From NCBI GenBank assembly GCA_043228905.1, contig JBHGNT010000005.1:6820001-6884000 (forward strand): a DNA stretch of 64,000 bases, given 5' to 3'. This DNA comes from Azolla caroliniana (taxonomy: Eukaryota; Plantae; Polypodiophyta). Numbering within the stretch: position 1 is the first letter of the stretch; each line of letters opens with the position of its first letter. A program made the translations under genes and the position numbers. Of this stretch, positions 13,631 through 25,126 are shown piece by piece. The notes below the pieces were generated by a model. That model was not told where the DNA came from, made no database searches, and saw nothing but the letters and a program-made list of their open reading frames with translations.

Positions 13631-14991
13631 CCAAATAACATCAAATATATGTAACACGAAAACATTATGTAAATCGAAGAAGTTCAAATTTTTGCTTTCC
13701 AAATTCCCTCCAAAGGGTCCTCTTATTGAGATCATCATCCAATTTATTATATATAAACATGCATGAGACAAGAAACAGAAAGCTTTCAAATATACATACG
13801 TCATTGAGATAAGGCAATTGTACAACATCGTTATTAAAACACTAATTTTCAATCCCCGAGAAAGCATCGTGACAAAATTTCCTAATATTGAGAAACGCCA
13901 TGGCTTATGTGTTTGACTTTTGGCATTGAACATGTATCCATGGAGATATCTATAATATCCAAGAGAAAAAGTAAGCAACATCAGTGTTCATATGAGGATC
14001 TAAAATTTTTGCTTAGTACTCATTTGTTTGTTAAGAGAGTATGTGGGGTCATAATGTAAACATTTCAAGAATGGATTATAATCTACGAGCAAACTATTGC
14101 ATTCATCGTAATAAGAATTTATAGGGATGCATGAGGGTGTGTGGATAGTTATTTTAATAATCCTCTATCCCTGTCTTTCTCTCTGTCCTCCATGAGAAGT
14201 TTGTCTAGGTTTTCCCTTTCTCGATTGATTTAGAATCCATGCTCACACGCTAACAATTATCGTTCACATATGCACAATTTGTTCAATTAATGGATGGATT
14301 AGTTAGAATTATGCCTAAAATAGCTAGTCAATTACAATGGCCACTAACACATGTTACCCAAAATACAGTGAAGTTACCACGTAACGTTGATAACATTAGT
14401 GTTTCAATCATTAGTAAAGTTAATTTCAATAAAGTTTTTCACCTCCTAATTTCCAAATTCAACAAAGTTAGAGTTATCAAAAATAAATGAAGAAAAAGTA
14501 GGGGAACTTTGACTGAGTATACTGGCAAAACTTCAAAGAGTGGAATTGATGTTGTCGTTTAAGGTGTGGCGAATTCAATATTTTCTATATTGCTTTATAA
14601 AAACAATTTATTGGCTCTCTAACAAAGACCCTTGTATATGTAGATCATTACTTCAACCTTGTCGTCCACATTCTATCTACTCAAAGTGTTGTTATGTATC
14701 TATCAATGTATCAAACTCCATACCCCACAATCGAGGCAAACATCTAAACTATGACACTTTCCATTAGGAAAGTGAATTAACAATTTTACAACACATTTGT
14801 TAATTCTCAATTTCATGGCTTTTTTATTGGATATACTTGCCTATGAATAATAATAAAATAATTTTAATTATCGCTTTCTTTAATATCATTGGTGATGAAA
14901 AATATACCAAGTCATGCCCACGTTAACCTTATATTGTATATCCTTGGTTAGTCATGCATGTTTTTATTACATGTGATTGATGCAAATATAT

Positions 14992-16326
14992 TGTGGTGTG
15001 CATGTGTTCCTTTGTGCCACCCTTTTTGCACACCCCTTTTAGGATGCATGTACCTAAGCCGACCCACCCTTTTAGCACACCTTTTTTAGCTAAGCCAACC
15101 CAAATGGGTACCTTTGTATGAACTATAAATTGAGTAAGAAGTAAGAAGCTAACTAGGCTATTTTGATCTCTTATGTGCATATCACATATTGGTAGAGAAG
15201 CAGGGTACCAGTCCCCCACGTCCAAGCATCCACCTCTTCCCCCTCACCTTAGGTTGCCCACTAACTTCTTGTCCCACGAGTTTCCCCGATACCCCTCCTA
15301 CACGATAGCCCTCTTGTCCCCCACCTCAGCCAAGTCCAAGTGGCCCTCAGCCCACAAGGGGGGTTGATCTCTATCCCCCAATTGATATTTCCCTGACCCC
15401 CCCCCCCCCCCCCCCCTCCAATACGATAGCCCTCTTATCCCCCACCTCAGCTAAGTCTAGGTGGCCCTCAGTCCACATGAGGGATTGATCTCTATCCGCC
15501 AATTGTTAGCTCGTTTTCCATCACTAGCCCCGTTCAACTATTATCTAATTAGGGCTGCCAGTTCCACAAGGATGTCCTCAAAGTCGTTGCAGCTCAACTA
15601 GGTGTCCAGCAAGTGCTTAAGTCCCCATACCATCCTCAGACAAATGGCCTCACTAGACACCTCAATAAGACCCTCAAGAAGGAGATTGTCGCTTACATCG
15701 AGCCACGCAACAAAACTTGGGATCAAATCTTTCCTTTTGTCACTCACGCCTACAATACATCTGTACAGGCGTCGACACGGATCAACCCTTTTCAAGCACT
15801 CTATGGGCGTAACCCTCGCCTCCCACCAGAATCGTCCATTTATGTCCATTCGAAACTTGTCAACATGGATAACGCCACTTGGGGAGCTCTATCTCCAACA
15901 GATCCCCCCCCCCCCCCTTCGACAAGTCACTCCTTCTATTCCTGCTCCTCAGTCTCTTGTTTCTCTAGGGGGGAAATGTGGTGTGCATGTGTTCCTTTGT
16001 GCCACCCTTCTAGCACACCCTTTTTAGGATGCATGTACCTAAGCCGACCCACCCTTTTATCACACCCATTTTAGCTCCTCAGTCTCTTGTTTCTCTAGGG
16101 GGGAAATGTGGTGTGCATGTGTTCCTTTGTGCCACCCTTTTAGCACACCCTTTTTAGGATGCACGTACCTAAGCTGACCCACCCTTTTAGCACACCATTT
16201 TTAGCTAAGCCAACCCAATGGGTACCTTTGTATGAACTCAATTTATAGTTCATACAAAGATACCCATTTGGCTTAGCTATAAAGGGTGTGCTAAAAGGTG
16301 GCACAAAGGAACACATGCACACCACA
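14992..16326 (+). mobile_element. Internally deleted Gypsy/Ginger-like element: short LTR, PBS, integrase fragment, PPT, duplicated partial LTRs and a terminal inverted LTR copy; ATAT on both flanks
   Basis: LTR-like unit TGTGGTGTGC...ATATCACA at 14992-15186. PBS-like TGGTAGAGAAGCAGGGTA at 15190. Integrase SPYHPQTNGLTRHLNKTL...WDQIFPFVTHAYNTS...PFQALYGR at about 15619-15830. AGGGGGGAAA followed by TGTGG at 15977 and 16107. Reverse-complement copy at 16236-16326. ATAT at 14988-14991 and 16327-16330. Confidence 0.85.
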
Positions 16327-19099
16327 ATATCATAGACACATGTTTCTTTTGGAAGAAGAACCTAGCAAAGTGAATTCCCCATTTCATATGAGTGTTTGAC
16401 ATGGTCTTTTATCGAATCTATCTCACATTTTCTTAGCCTACAATGCTAAGCTTGAAAGGCATGATTTCAAGAATCCTTGATGTCCTGTGACATTGAACCT
16501 AGTTTTGCTTTTACTTGTGAATGGCCTTAATTTTGTGCCACCATTGGCACACATTTATATTGGCCCCTCTACCCTAAATGAATGTAGACAATACCTCATT
16601 TCCTTGGTAATCTACATTCCTCAAAAGCATATAACCTTGGTAATATACATTAAATGGGCAACAATATTGTCTTTTTATCCAATCCTTGGTCATTTATGTG
16701 ATATATGATATATCTATCACTTTCCTAAAGTCGCGTTTTCATAATTGCCACTTTAGCATAATTTATTCATTTTCTAAAACATGTCTCTTTCTCTAATTTT
16801 TGGAATTGCTTGGGAGCTTTTCAAATTATTGCGTAGGAACTTGGGGCAGGTTTTATGAAAATCCTTTTGATTAATTCAGGTAGGAAGGCCCCTATTGTTC
16901 ATGTTAATGTATTATGATTACATGAATTGATCACACCTTTTGGTGAATTTTTTGGGTGGCCTTAAAATGTGTTGTCATGCTTATGCCACGTGATAATAAT
17001 TGATAAGTTATGATATAGTTCACAATGTAATACATGTCCTTTTTACGGCGAAGACTTGGAGACTTTGATGTAAGAGGAACATTTGTCAAATTTGTTTTTT
17101 ATATGGAGGAGCTTTACTTTAAATTGTCTTCAAGAAATGACTAGGATTTAGCATTTACGAAAAATTAAGGTGGTTATATTAAGCAGATGTCCAGTGTGAC
17201 AATGAAAAACGTTTAGTATAATCATGAATTATTGTATCATTATTTTGTGTGGATGCATCCGTTATATTTTGAGTCAAAAATGAACATCTCGAGTTTGTAC
17301 AATAGTCTTCAACCTTCTTTTTATCCAATCACAAGTAAACATCACCATGCATAAAATTGTCCAAACTTTTTGTAAGGAAATATGGCATGAAAAAATAACA
17401 AGCTTTGGGTATTATCCCAAGAAATTGGGGCGTCAAATTTCAGACCCTTTCATTGATCTAGAAAACACTTATTTTCCTTTGAATTTTTGTGTTGTTGTTG
17501 AGGAAATAAGTTTCATGACAACCACCTTGATTACATAAGTATACAAAGTTGTGAAGTCCTCAGTGTGTGTCCTACCTCATAAGATCTTAATCGAAGTAGT
17601 TAGACAAAACAAATGTAACAGTTGTCAACAAATACGAATATGTACTTCAATTCATCATTCATATTTTCAAGAAACAAATACGTGACATTTTGCATTTTTG
17701 TTTATTTGTCATAATATTCCCTCTTTGTAGTGAACATAAAAAGACAATAATGGCAAAATAGATTGTTATGAAATGTATTATTATGATCATTTGACATTTA
17801 CAATAGTCAAATAAACATGTGGTATCAAGGAAGACCATCACACAACCCCATTGACAAAATTGTAGTCTTCACTCATGAAGTTGTTGAGAGTTGAGGGGAA
17901 TCGTGTATAAACAGGCTAGGGAAGTAGTGCCTTGATCCAAATGTTTTGAAGATGTCATTGATTCAAGTAATGTGGCCAATGCATTTATCCTTATAGCTAT
18001 CATTTACCAGGCACAAAAGTCGTGTGGCTCCCAATTATGGAAAAACTTAAAGGTACAAGACTTGAGGAATATTTAAGAATGCATTAAATGATGGCAAGTA
18101 AGCTTCATTATTTAGGCGGCGAGCTTTGACTGAGTTGCCCGAGCTTTTAAAAGTTTGTATTTTACTTTGCACGATCCATCCATGGATGACTATCAATGAC
18201 CTATCTAGAATATATTATTCATGACCTATCTAGAATATATTATTCATGACCCATCCATTCATGATACATCAATGGCCGATTTTCGAAGACCATCGACCAT
18301 GACATATCCTTGACTTGGCATAAAAATGACCATCTATACTCTTCCATTCCATGTATACAATATAACTATGAACTTTCTTGATTAGAGATCATTCGTGGAG
18401 AAAACCATTATGCTAAATAGATTGTTGCCAATATTGCTAACATAAAATCATGAACAAAAACTCAAACTTCAATCCCCTTATTTTTAAACAAAATTGAATT
18501 GATAAATACTAAATAATTAACAAGTGAATGGAAAAGAAATATTTATTAGCTTGTTATTGAGTAAATATACAAGGAACAAATAAATCAGCCATAAATAGTG
18601 AAACAAGCAATAATTACTTTTAATTTGTAATTTTCTTATCAAAAGTATTAAAACACATAGAAGAGAAGGGCCCACCAAAATACGTTAGGATTTGACGTCC
18701 AACCTACAATTTCATAAGACACGAGTTTCCAAACACGTACATTCATATTAGAGTGACAGATTTCCAACTTGGTGGCAGTCCATTGATGTTCCTAAAAAAT
18801 TTATTAACCGTCCAAAAGCACAAATACAAGGCATTCTCATAAAACTACATAAAAATTGTTTTTTTTCATTATTTGCTATAATAAGAACAAAATTAATGTT
18901 ATATTTGTGCCAAAAAATGAAAATATTAATTTTAGTTTTAGTAAATGAAAATGGAAAAAAAAAACTCCCACATTGCATAATAAAGCTATGATGCAATCCA
19001 CTGCCTAAAAATGAAAATATTAACTACATCAACTCACATAATATAAATATCATATTTTGCACTTATATCATGATGTATTCATTCATCAAGATAATGTTG

Positions 19100-20000
19100 T
19101 TGTCCATAATCCGATCCTCATATTCTTCGTCCCCTTCCAAGCATTCTCTCTACTTAACCACCTCTTCCATTTTGATCTCATTTGGTGCATTGATGGCCTC
19201 ACAAATCAATAAAGTTTTTTTTATCTTATTCATTTTAGAGAATCCCTCTCTCAAACTAGGGGCAAAACAAAGCCATCCTCCAAAGTTTCATTGTCAATGG
19301 GAAATATTGTTTCATATTCACATGTGTTTTTATCTCTAAATTAAACTCTCATCCTCAAATGAAAATATCACGTTTTTTCATTTACATTCTTCTTGATTGA
19401 TTAATGTGCACAAACCCTTCCCAAAGTGATTGCATAACACTTATATTCTCTTATGCATGCAACTATTTTGTTCAAAACATTATCATTGTACTTTGGACAA
19501 AAGAGCTTTGCAGTAAACAATTACATAATACAACAATATGTAGCGTTAGCATAAATGGATCATGTGAACATTTTCCATTGTGAAAAGACTTTTAAAAACT
19601 TGTTGATCTCGACCAAAAGCTTGTCGTCATACAAAAAGCTCAACTGCGACCTGCTTGCCAAAATAAATTCCTCATTATCAAATGTTTAATATCTCCATAT
19701 ATATTCAGTATATCATCATTCATTTATTTTGCATGCTCTACGCCAATATAAGTGTTAGCAATGTTATCGATTATATGTCTTCGTGGTGTAAAATCATATT
19801 GACTAGTTTGGAAGACTTTATGTAAGTATTGTCTAACAAAGAATTTACCATCAACTTATAAATCACAAGTACAAGTTGGAGTTCATAAAATTCTTTAGAG
19901 GACAAACTTTAATCGAACCTTCCTTTCATGACCTAGGCACCAACCTTCCTATGTTCTATTTGCCATCTACACCAAGGTAAAGCAATATCTTCTTTTTCTT
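19100..20000 (-). mobile_element. hAT transposase relic (C-terminal dimerisation region, ZNF862-like)
   Basis: Minus strand reads YFPLTMKLWRMAL...ERGFSKMNKIK (hAT dimerisation signature) and, upstream, LHKVFQTSQYDF. Highly degenerate. Confidence 0.6.
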
Positions 20001-20491
20001 TTTTTCCAAAAAAACTTATTCCATTAGTTATAAAATTTTACAGATGAGAGTGTTATATACAAATCCTTGTAGGGACGGGATAGTTCCATCTTATGTGAAT
20101 ATTCGCTCAATGACTCAAGAAATGGAGAGGATGACCATTGTTGGATGAAGACAAGTCGTTGTCTTTCAACTCCATCGTAAGCCATCGTGTTGGCTCTTCA
20201 AAGTGGCTACAACTTCACTCCATATCTCTTGCATTAACATTATTGGGTGTACTGTTTAGTTGGAGAAGACCAATCTACATTGTTGTTTCCATATATTAAT
20301 CCAAACTGTTATTGGGCTAACTAATTCCAATACACCTTGAGATTTGACATTAATAGGAGTTGAGTGGATATCGTCGATGGTGGAAAAAAAAAACTCTTGT
20401 GCTTTTATCACCAAAGCCATCCCCTCCTAATGCTCTTACTTGTCAACTGGGGCCTCCCATGACAACCAACATACTTTTCCCCACTTGATTG

Positions 20492-20893
20492 TGTCGTGCA
20501 CCTGGCATAATTGCAATAGGTGGCCAACCCCCCACCATATTCAATAGGTCTCTAGGCAATCCCACATAGCATGTCGAATTGATTATGTTGCATTTGGGCA
20601 TGCCACACAATTAGGAGAGTTAAGGTTCCCACACTACCACGATCGGATCAATAGTGATTTATGTGTTAATACTCTAGAGTATTCTAGAACATTCTAAAAT
20701 ATTCCATGATTATATTGAATATCATAAATATCTAAAATATTCTAGAACATTCTAGAATACTCCATAAGGACCTATAAATAGGTGTCTATTTATTCATCAC
20801 AACTCATTCGGTTCAACACTAGTTTGTAGCCCCTTAGCCTACTCTTTATAATCCTTGCTCTCTTATAATATAAACTCTCTTTCCATTTCTAGT

Positions 20894-20937
<44 letters not shown>

Positions 20938-20982
20938 CTATTGTCGTCTTATCTTTCTCTCTCCTATTCTCAAGTCACGACA
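20492..20982 (+). mobile_element. Solo or orphan LTR of chromovirus-like type
   Basis: Inverted termini TGTCGTG...CACGACA; TTCTAGAACATTCTAGAA repeats; TATAAATA followed by GGTTCAACACTAGT...CCCTTAGCC and (CT)n. Same architecture as the LTR at 40251. No TSD recognisable. Confidence 0.7.
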
Positions 20983-21737
20983 ACCTTAATGCAACTCTCT
21001 ATATAAAAGGGCCCATAATCGTGCATATCATATCCTTGAATAACTTAGTGTACCTCTCTATATAAAAGGGAACATGACGGTGTACACCATATCCTTGGAT
21101 AACAAGTGTTACTTGAATCTCAACCTCAAGTTTGGCTACCTAACCCTAGGGTCAATGTCAAGCCTAGTTCGCATTGCCCATTACACTTTACCCTCCCACT
21201 TTATGCCAAAAGTAAACACAAAAACATGTACATATACTTACACCCCCCCCTTTTGGAACTTAGAAGTTAGAACCCTTAGTAACCCTTCCCACCTCAGAGT
21301 ATGTTCCCTAACGACTCTTTCCCCCTTCCTTTTAGAACTCCTAATTTCGAAACCCACCCCCCTACACAACAACAAAAACACCTACAACTATATATGCACA
21401 CCTATACACAAACTTAAATATAAAATGTTGTGAACGATTAGCAATATACGTGAATAAAAGCATGCATACCATAACACACACATCCACAAAGACCGGTATA
21501 CAAACCCATACAAAATCACATATTTTCACATGCTTACACGCAAATTAGACATTAAAAATGTTATCCCACATGCATATTTGCACATCTAACACGTGCTTGA
21601 ATAAATATTAAAAGTAATACTAGATTTATTGATTTGACACTAAATGCACAAAAAAACAACTATCTCAAACGAACGCTCATTTTTATAGCTTTCTTTGGCG
21701 AGCACAATCTTGCATGCACTAATATCACGATGACACT

Positions 21738-22294
21738 TAGGGATCGGCAACGGCTCGGCTCAAGCCTAAACCGTTTGGCTTAGCCGGCTTGAAAACGGCT
21801 TAGCGGCTCGGTTTAGGCTTGAACTTGCCTTAACGATTTGAGCTCGGCTCGGCTTGGCTTGAGCCTCGCCAAACCGGCTCAAGCCGGCTAAGCCGGCTAA
21901 ACCATTTAAGCCGTTTATAAACTTTAGAGAGGGGGAGAGAGACAACAGACAAGGGGAAAGAGAGAGAGACAAGGGGAAAGAGAGAGAGAGAGTAAGGGAG
22001 GGAGAACTACATAGACGAGGAGAGAGAGACAGAGGGAGGGAGACAACATATAAGGAGAGAGAGAGAGAGAGACTACACAAACGAGGAGAGAGAGAGAGAG
22101 TAAGGGAGGGAGAACTAGATAGACGAGGAGAGAGAGACAGAGGGAGGGAGACAACATATAAGGAGAGAGAGAGAGAGAGACTACACAAACGAGGAGAGAG
22201 AGAGAGAGAGGGAGGGAGACAACATATAAGGAGAGAGAGAGAGAGAGACTACACAAACGAGGAGAGAGAGAGAGAGGGAGGGAGACAACATATA

Positions 22295-22334
<40 letters not shown>

Positions 22335-22666
22335 CTACATAGAGGGGAGAGAGAGAGAGAGGGAGGGAGAGTCGAGACCATAGACGTGAGAGAGAGAGAG
22401 AGAGAGAGGATTTACATAGAGGGGAGGGATCATCTGAGAGAGAGAGGGAGGTAGGGAGAGAGAGAGAGAGACGGAGGTTTCTAAACCGGTTTCCAAGCCG
22501 GTTTGGAAACCGGTTTACAAGCCGGTTCACAAACCGGTTTAGCCTAAACCGGTTTGTGAACCGGCTCGGCTCAGGTTTGAGATCCTGTAAACGGTTTAGG
22601 CTTAGCCGGTTTGGCTTGGATCAGGCCAAACCGGCTAAGCCTAAACCGAACCGTTGTCGATCCCCA
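21738..22666. mobile_element. Non-autonomous hAT element with 8-bp TSD and an internal GA-rich minisatellite
   Basis: TIRs TAGGGATCGGCAACGG / CCGTTGTCGATCCCCA. TSD ATGACACT at 21730-21737 and 22667-22674. Many subterminal AAACCG/AGCCG motifs. Tandem GGGAGGGAGACAACATATAAGG(AG)nACTACACAAACGAGG units. Confidence 0.93.
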
Positions 22667-24800
22667 ATGACACTCACGCACCCATGTGCATACATGATCT
22701 CGTAGGCGCGACACATTGCCAAATATGTCAAGTGCACAAGGTTTTGGGCCCATGCATAAGCGATATCTCAGTCATTCAACTTCAACAAACTCTAAAGGCA
22801 TCATCCTCAATGTTGTCTTCCATGGTTTAGGACCCCTATGATTCCACTCTCAACATTTCACACACACACACATTGTACGCATTTGTGCTTCTTGATCGAG
22901 ATTTAAGAACTTTGGGCTCATGAAGGCACCAATATTTCATTGTTCAAAATACTTACTCGTAGGTTATTGGAACAATGCCTAGTGCTTGATCTTGGGAATC
23001 CATTGGAATTCTTGCTAGTGCCCCAAACCTTGTCAAAGAATTTTAGTGATATCTTGATCTGTCGAGTCCTTGTTCATGCATTATGAGTTGTGAAAATCAC
23101 TTCACCACATACATGCATACAATGATCATGGGGCTTTTATTTCTATTTTATTGTGGATGACATCAACTCATCAGTATGTGTAATCGTGATTTATCTCATA
23201 AGTTGATTTTGGCATTTGTTAACATGTCTTTCTCTGTCTCTCACACATACACACGAGCATTTACACAACATAACACCCACATATATGATTTAATCTATTA
23301 TGGTCGACAAAATGTACATAGAACTATAGTATCATATTCTTTAAACTTTTGTTATGGACAATATTTAGCAACATATATTTTGTTTGCATGTCACCAAACT
23401 AATTACATGCACCAACAAATATCCCCTATTTTAATTTGTAAGACATAGAACCAATACTTGGATCATTTGAGGTAATAATGATTCCTCTCAAAGTAGGTAT
23501 ATATGCATTCCAAAGGATGATATTTTTTATTAATATTGCATGTTGGTCAAAGGGGGCAAAAACACTCCTTAAGTTTACAATAGTTTTTATTAAAACATCA
23601 GTCTAGTGGCAAGAAAATCTAATACCTCAACCAAACCAAACATTTGTAATTAATCGAACATTGATAATCCTTTATAAATTACAACGGCCTTATGCTTCAC
23701 ATTTATCCATCATCAGTTATATAAGTGTAAGGGATTTTATAAGATATTCTAGTCGTCATGCTTATGGTTTCCACTATTTGTGTTATGGGTCTGTACTCCA
23801 TTGGGTTGTTAATATGGGTTAACATTTGGTTCACGTTGTTGGTTCCCTCAAGGAGGATTTTAAGTATTTTGACTTGTTAATAACAATTGGTTATCATATA
23901 TTGATGTTTAGATTGTTAGTTTAGGTTCACAACTTGACACACTGCTCTTGAAAGAAAAAAGAAAAGAAAAGAGATGTGAGGCCCTGGGATTGACAACTTA
24001 TTTTTGCAATTGAGTTTCTTTGTTTGTAAGCTTCAATTTGTATGTGGGTTTCTTAGAAATGACAACAAAAAAATCTTCACAGGAAATATTGTGGGACAAG
24101 TTATTATCTTGGTCATTGAAGGTCTTGAGCTAAAGCAAGCCAAATTAAGTTTGGGAACTTACAAGTTAGGTGCTAGCTTCATGTGAATTGGTAAATAATT
24201 TCCACTAGCCGCTAAATTAGCACTAGCATGATAGCAATATGATCGATATATTTTCAAAAGTGTGAACTTTGGTGAGGAAATCACAACCATGCATCTATAT
24301 GGATGTTCCATGTATTTAAATAGAAAGATTGTCATTGATTTTACTTTGAAAATCCATTAGACTCGACTATGTTCTTTATGTTGCCAACTTTCTTGCAATC
24401 ATGTCACTATGTTTGCAAAGTTGATAAATTAAGACAATACTAAATGAAAGTGGACAAAAAATTATAAATGAAGTGATATTATTTTGGCAAAGGATGGGGT
24501 CTTTGTTGCCAAAAAAACATTTAAATTCCATAATCTTAAACCCATATATGACAAAAGTTTGTTTGAGTTGTAGACCCTAACCAATAACATGTCCCCTTAT
24601 GCTAGGTGAAAGTTTTCTTACGTCCTCTTTTATCTTTCAACCAATGCTACTTTTGTAATGATGTGGTTTACATAGGTGACTAACTATAGGTCCTTCATTA
24701 TAAATAATATTAGAATTTAGAATATGAGAATGTCCTTAATTTATCATGCTTGCCATTGAAACAAAAAATGTGACAACCTTGTATGAGTTATGATTGAGAT

Positions 24801-25126
24801 TTGCTCATTGATGTTGATGGCAAGAAATCCATGAATCCATTACCGGCCAATATGAGAAGATGAATATGTATTTACATCAATGATATTAAAGAAATACCCA
24901 AATAAGCTACATGCCTTTTCCATTTGTAAACATCCATGTTGAGGACCACCATGCAATAATATATTGCTCATTGATGTTGATGGCAAGAAATCCATGAATC
25001 CATTACCGGCCAATATGAGAAGATGAATATGTATTTACATCAATGATATTAAAGAAATACCCAAATAAGCTACATGCCTTTTCCATTTGTAAACATCCAT
25101 GTTGAGGACCACCATGCAATAATATA
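24801..25126. repeat. Tandem duplication of a 163-bp unit
   Basis: TTGCTCATTGATGTTGATGG...CATGCAATAATATA occurs at 24801-24963 and 24964-25126; no differences seen by eye. Confidence 0.93.

Noticed and set aside
17400-18100. Possible hAT (DUF659-type) transposase relic on +
   Set aside because: Only one weak motif across a frameshift; insufficient to call.
18184-18270. Short direct repeats (CATGACCTATCTAGAATATATTATT x2) as CRISPR-like
   Set aside because: Head-to-tail with no unique spacers, in a eukaryotic context.
21766-22530. Several 66-140 aa Ser/Leu-rich ORFs
   Set aside because: Translations of the GA-rich minisatellite inside a hAT element.
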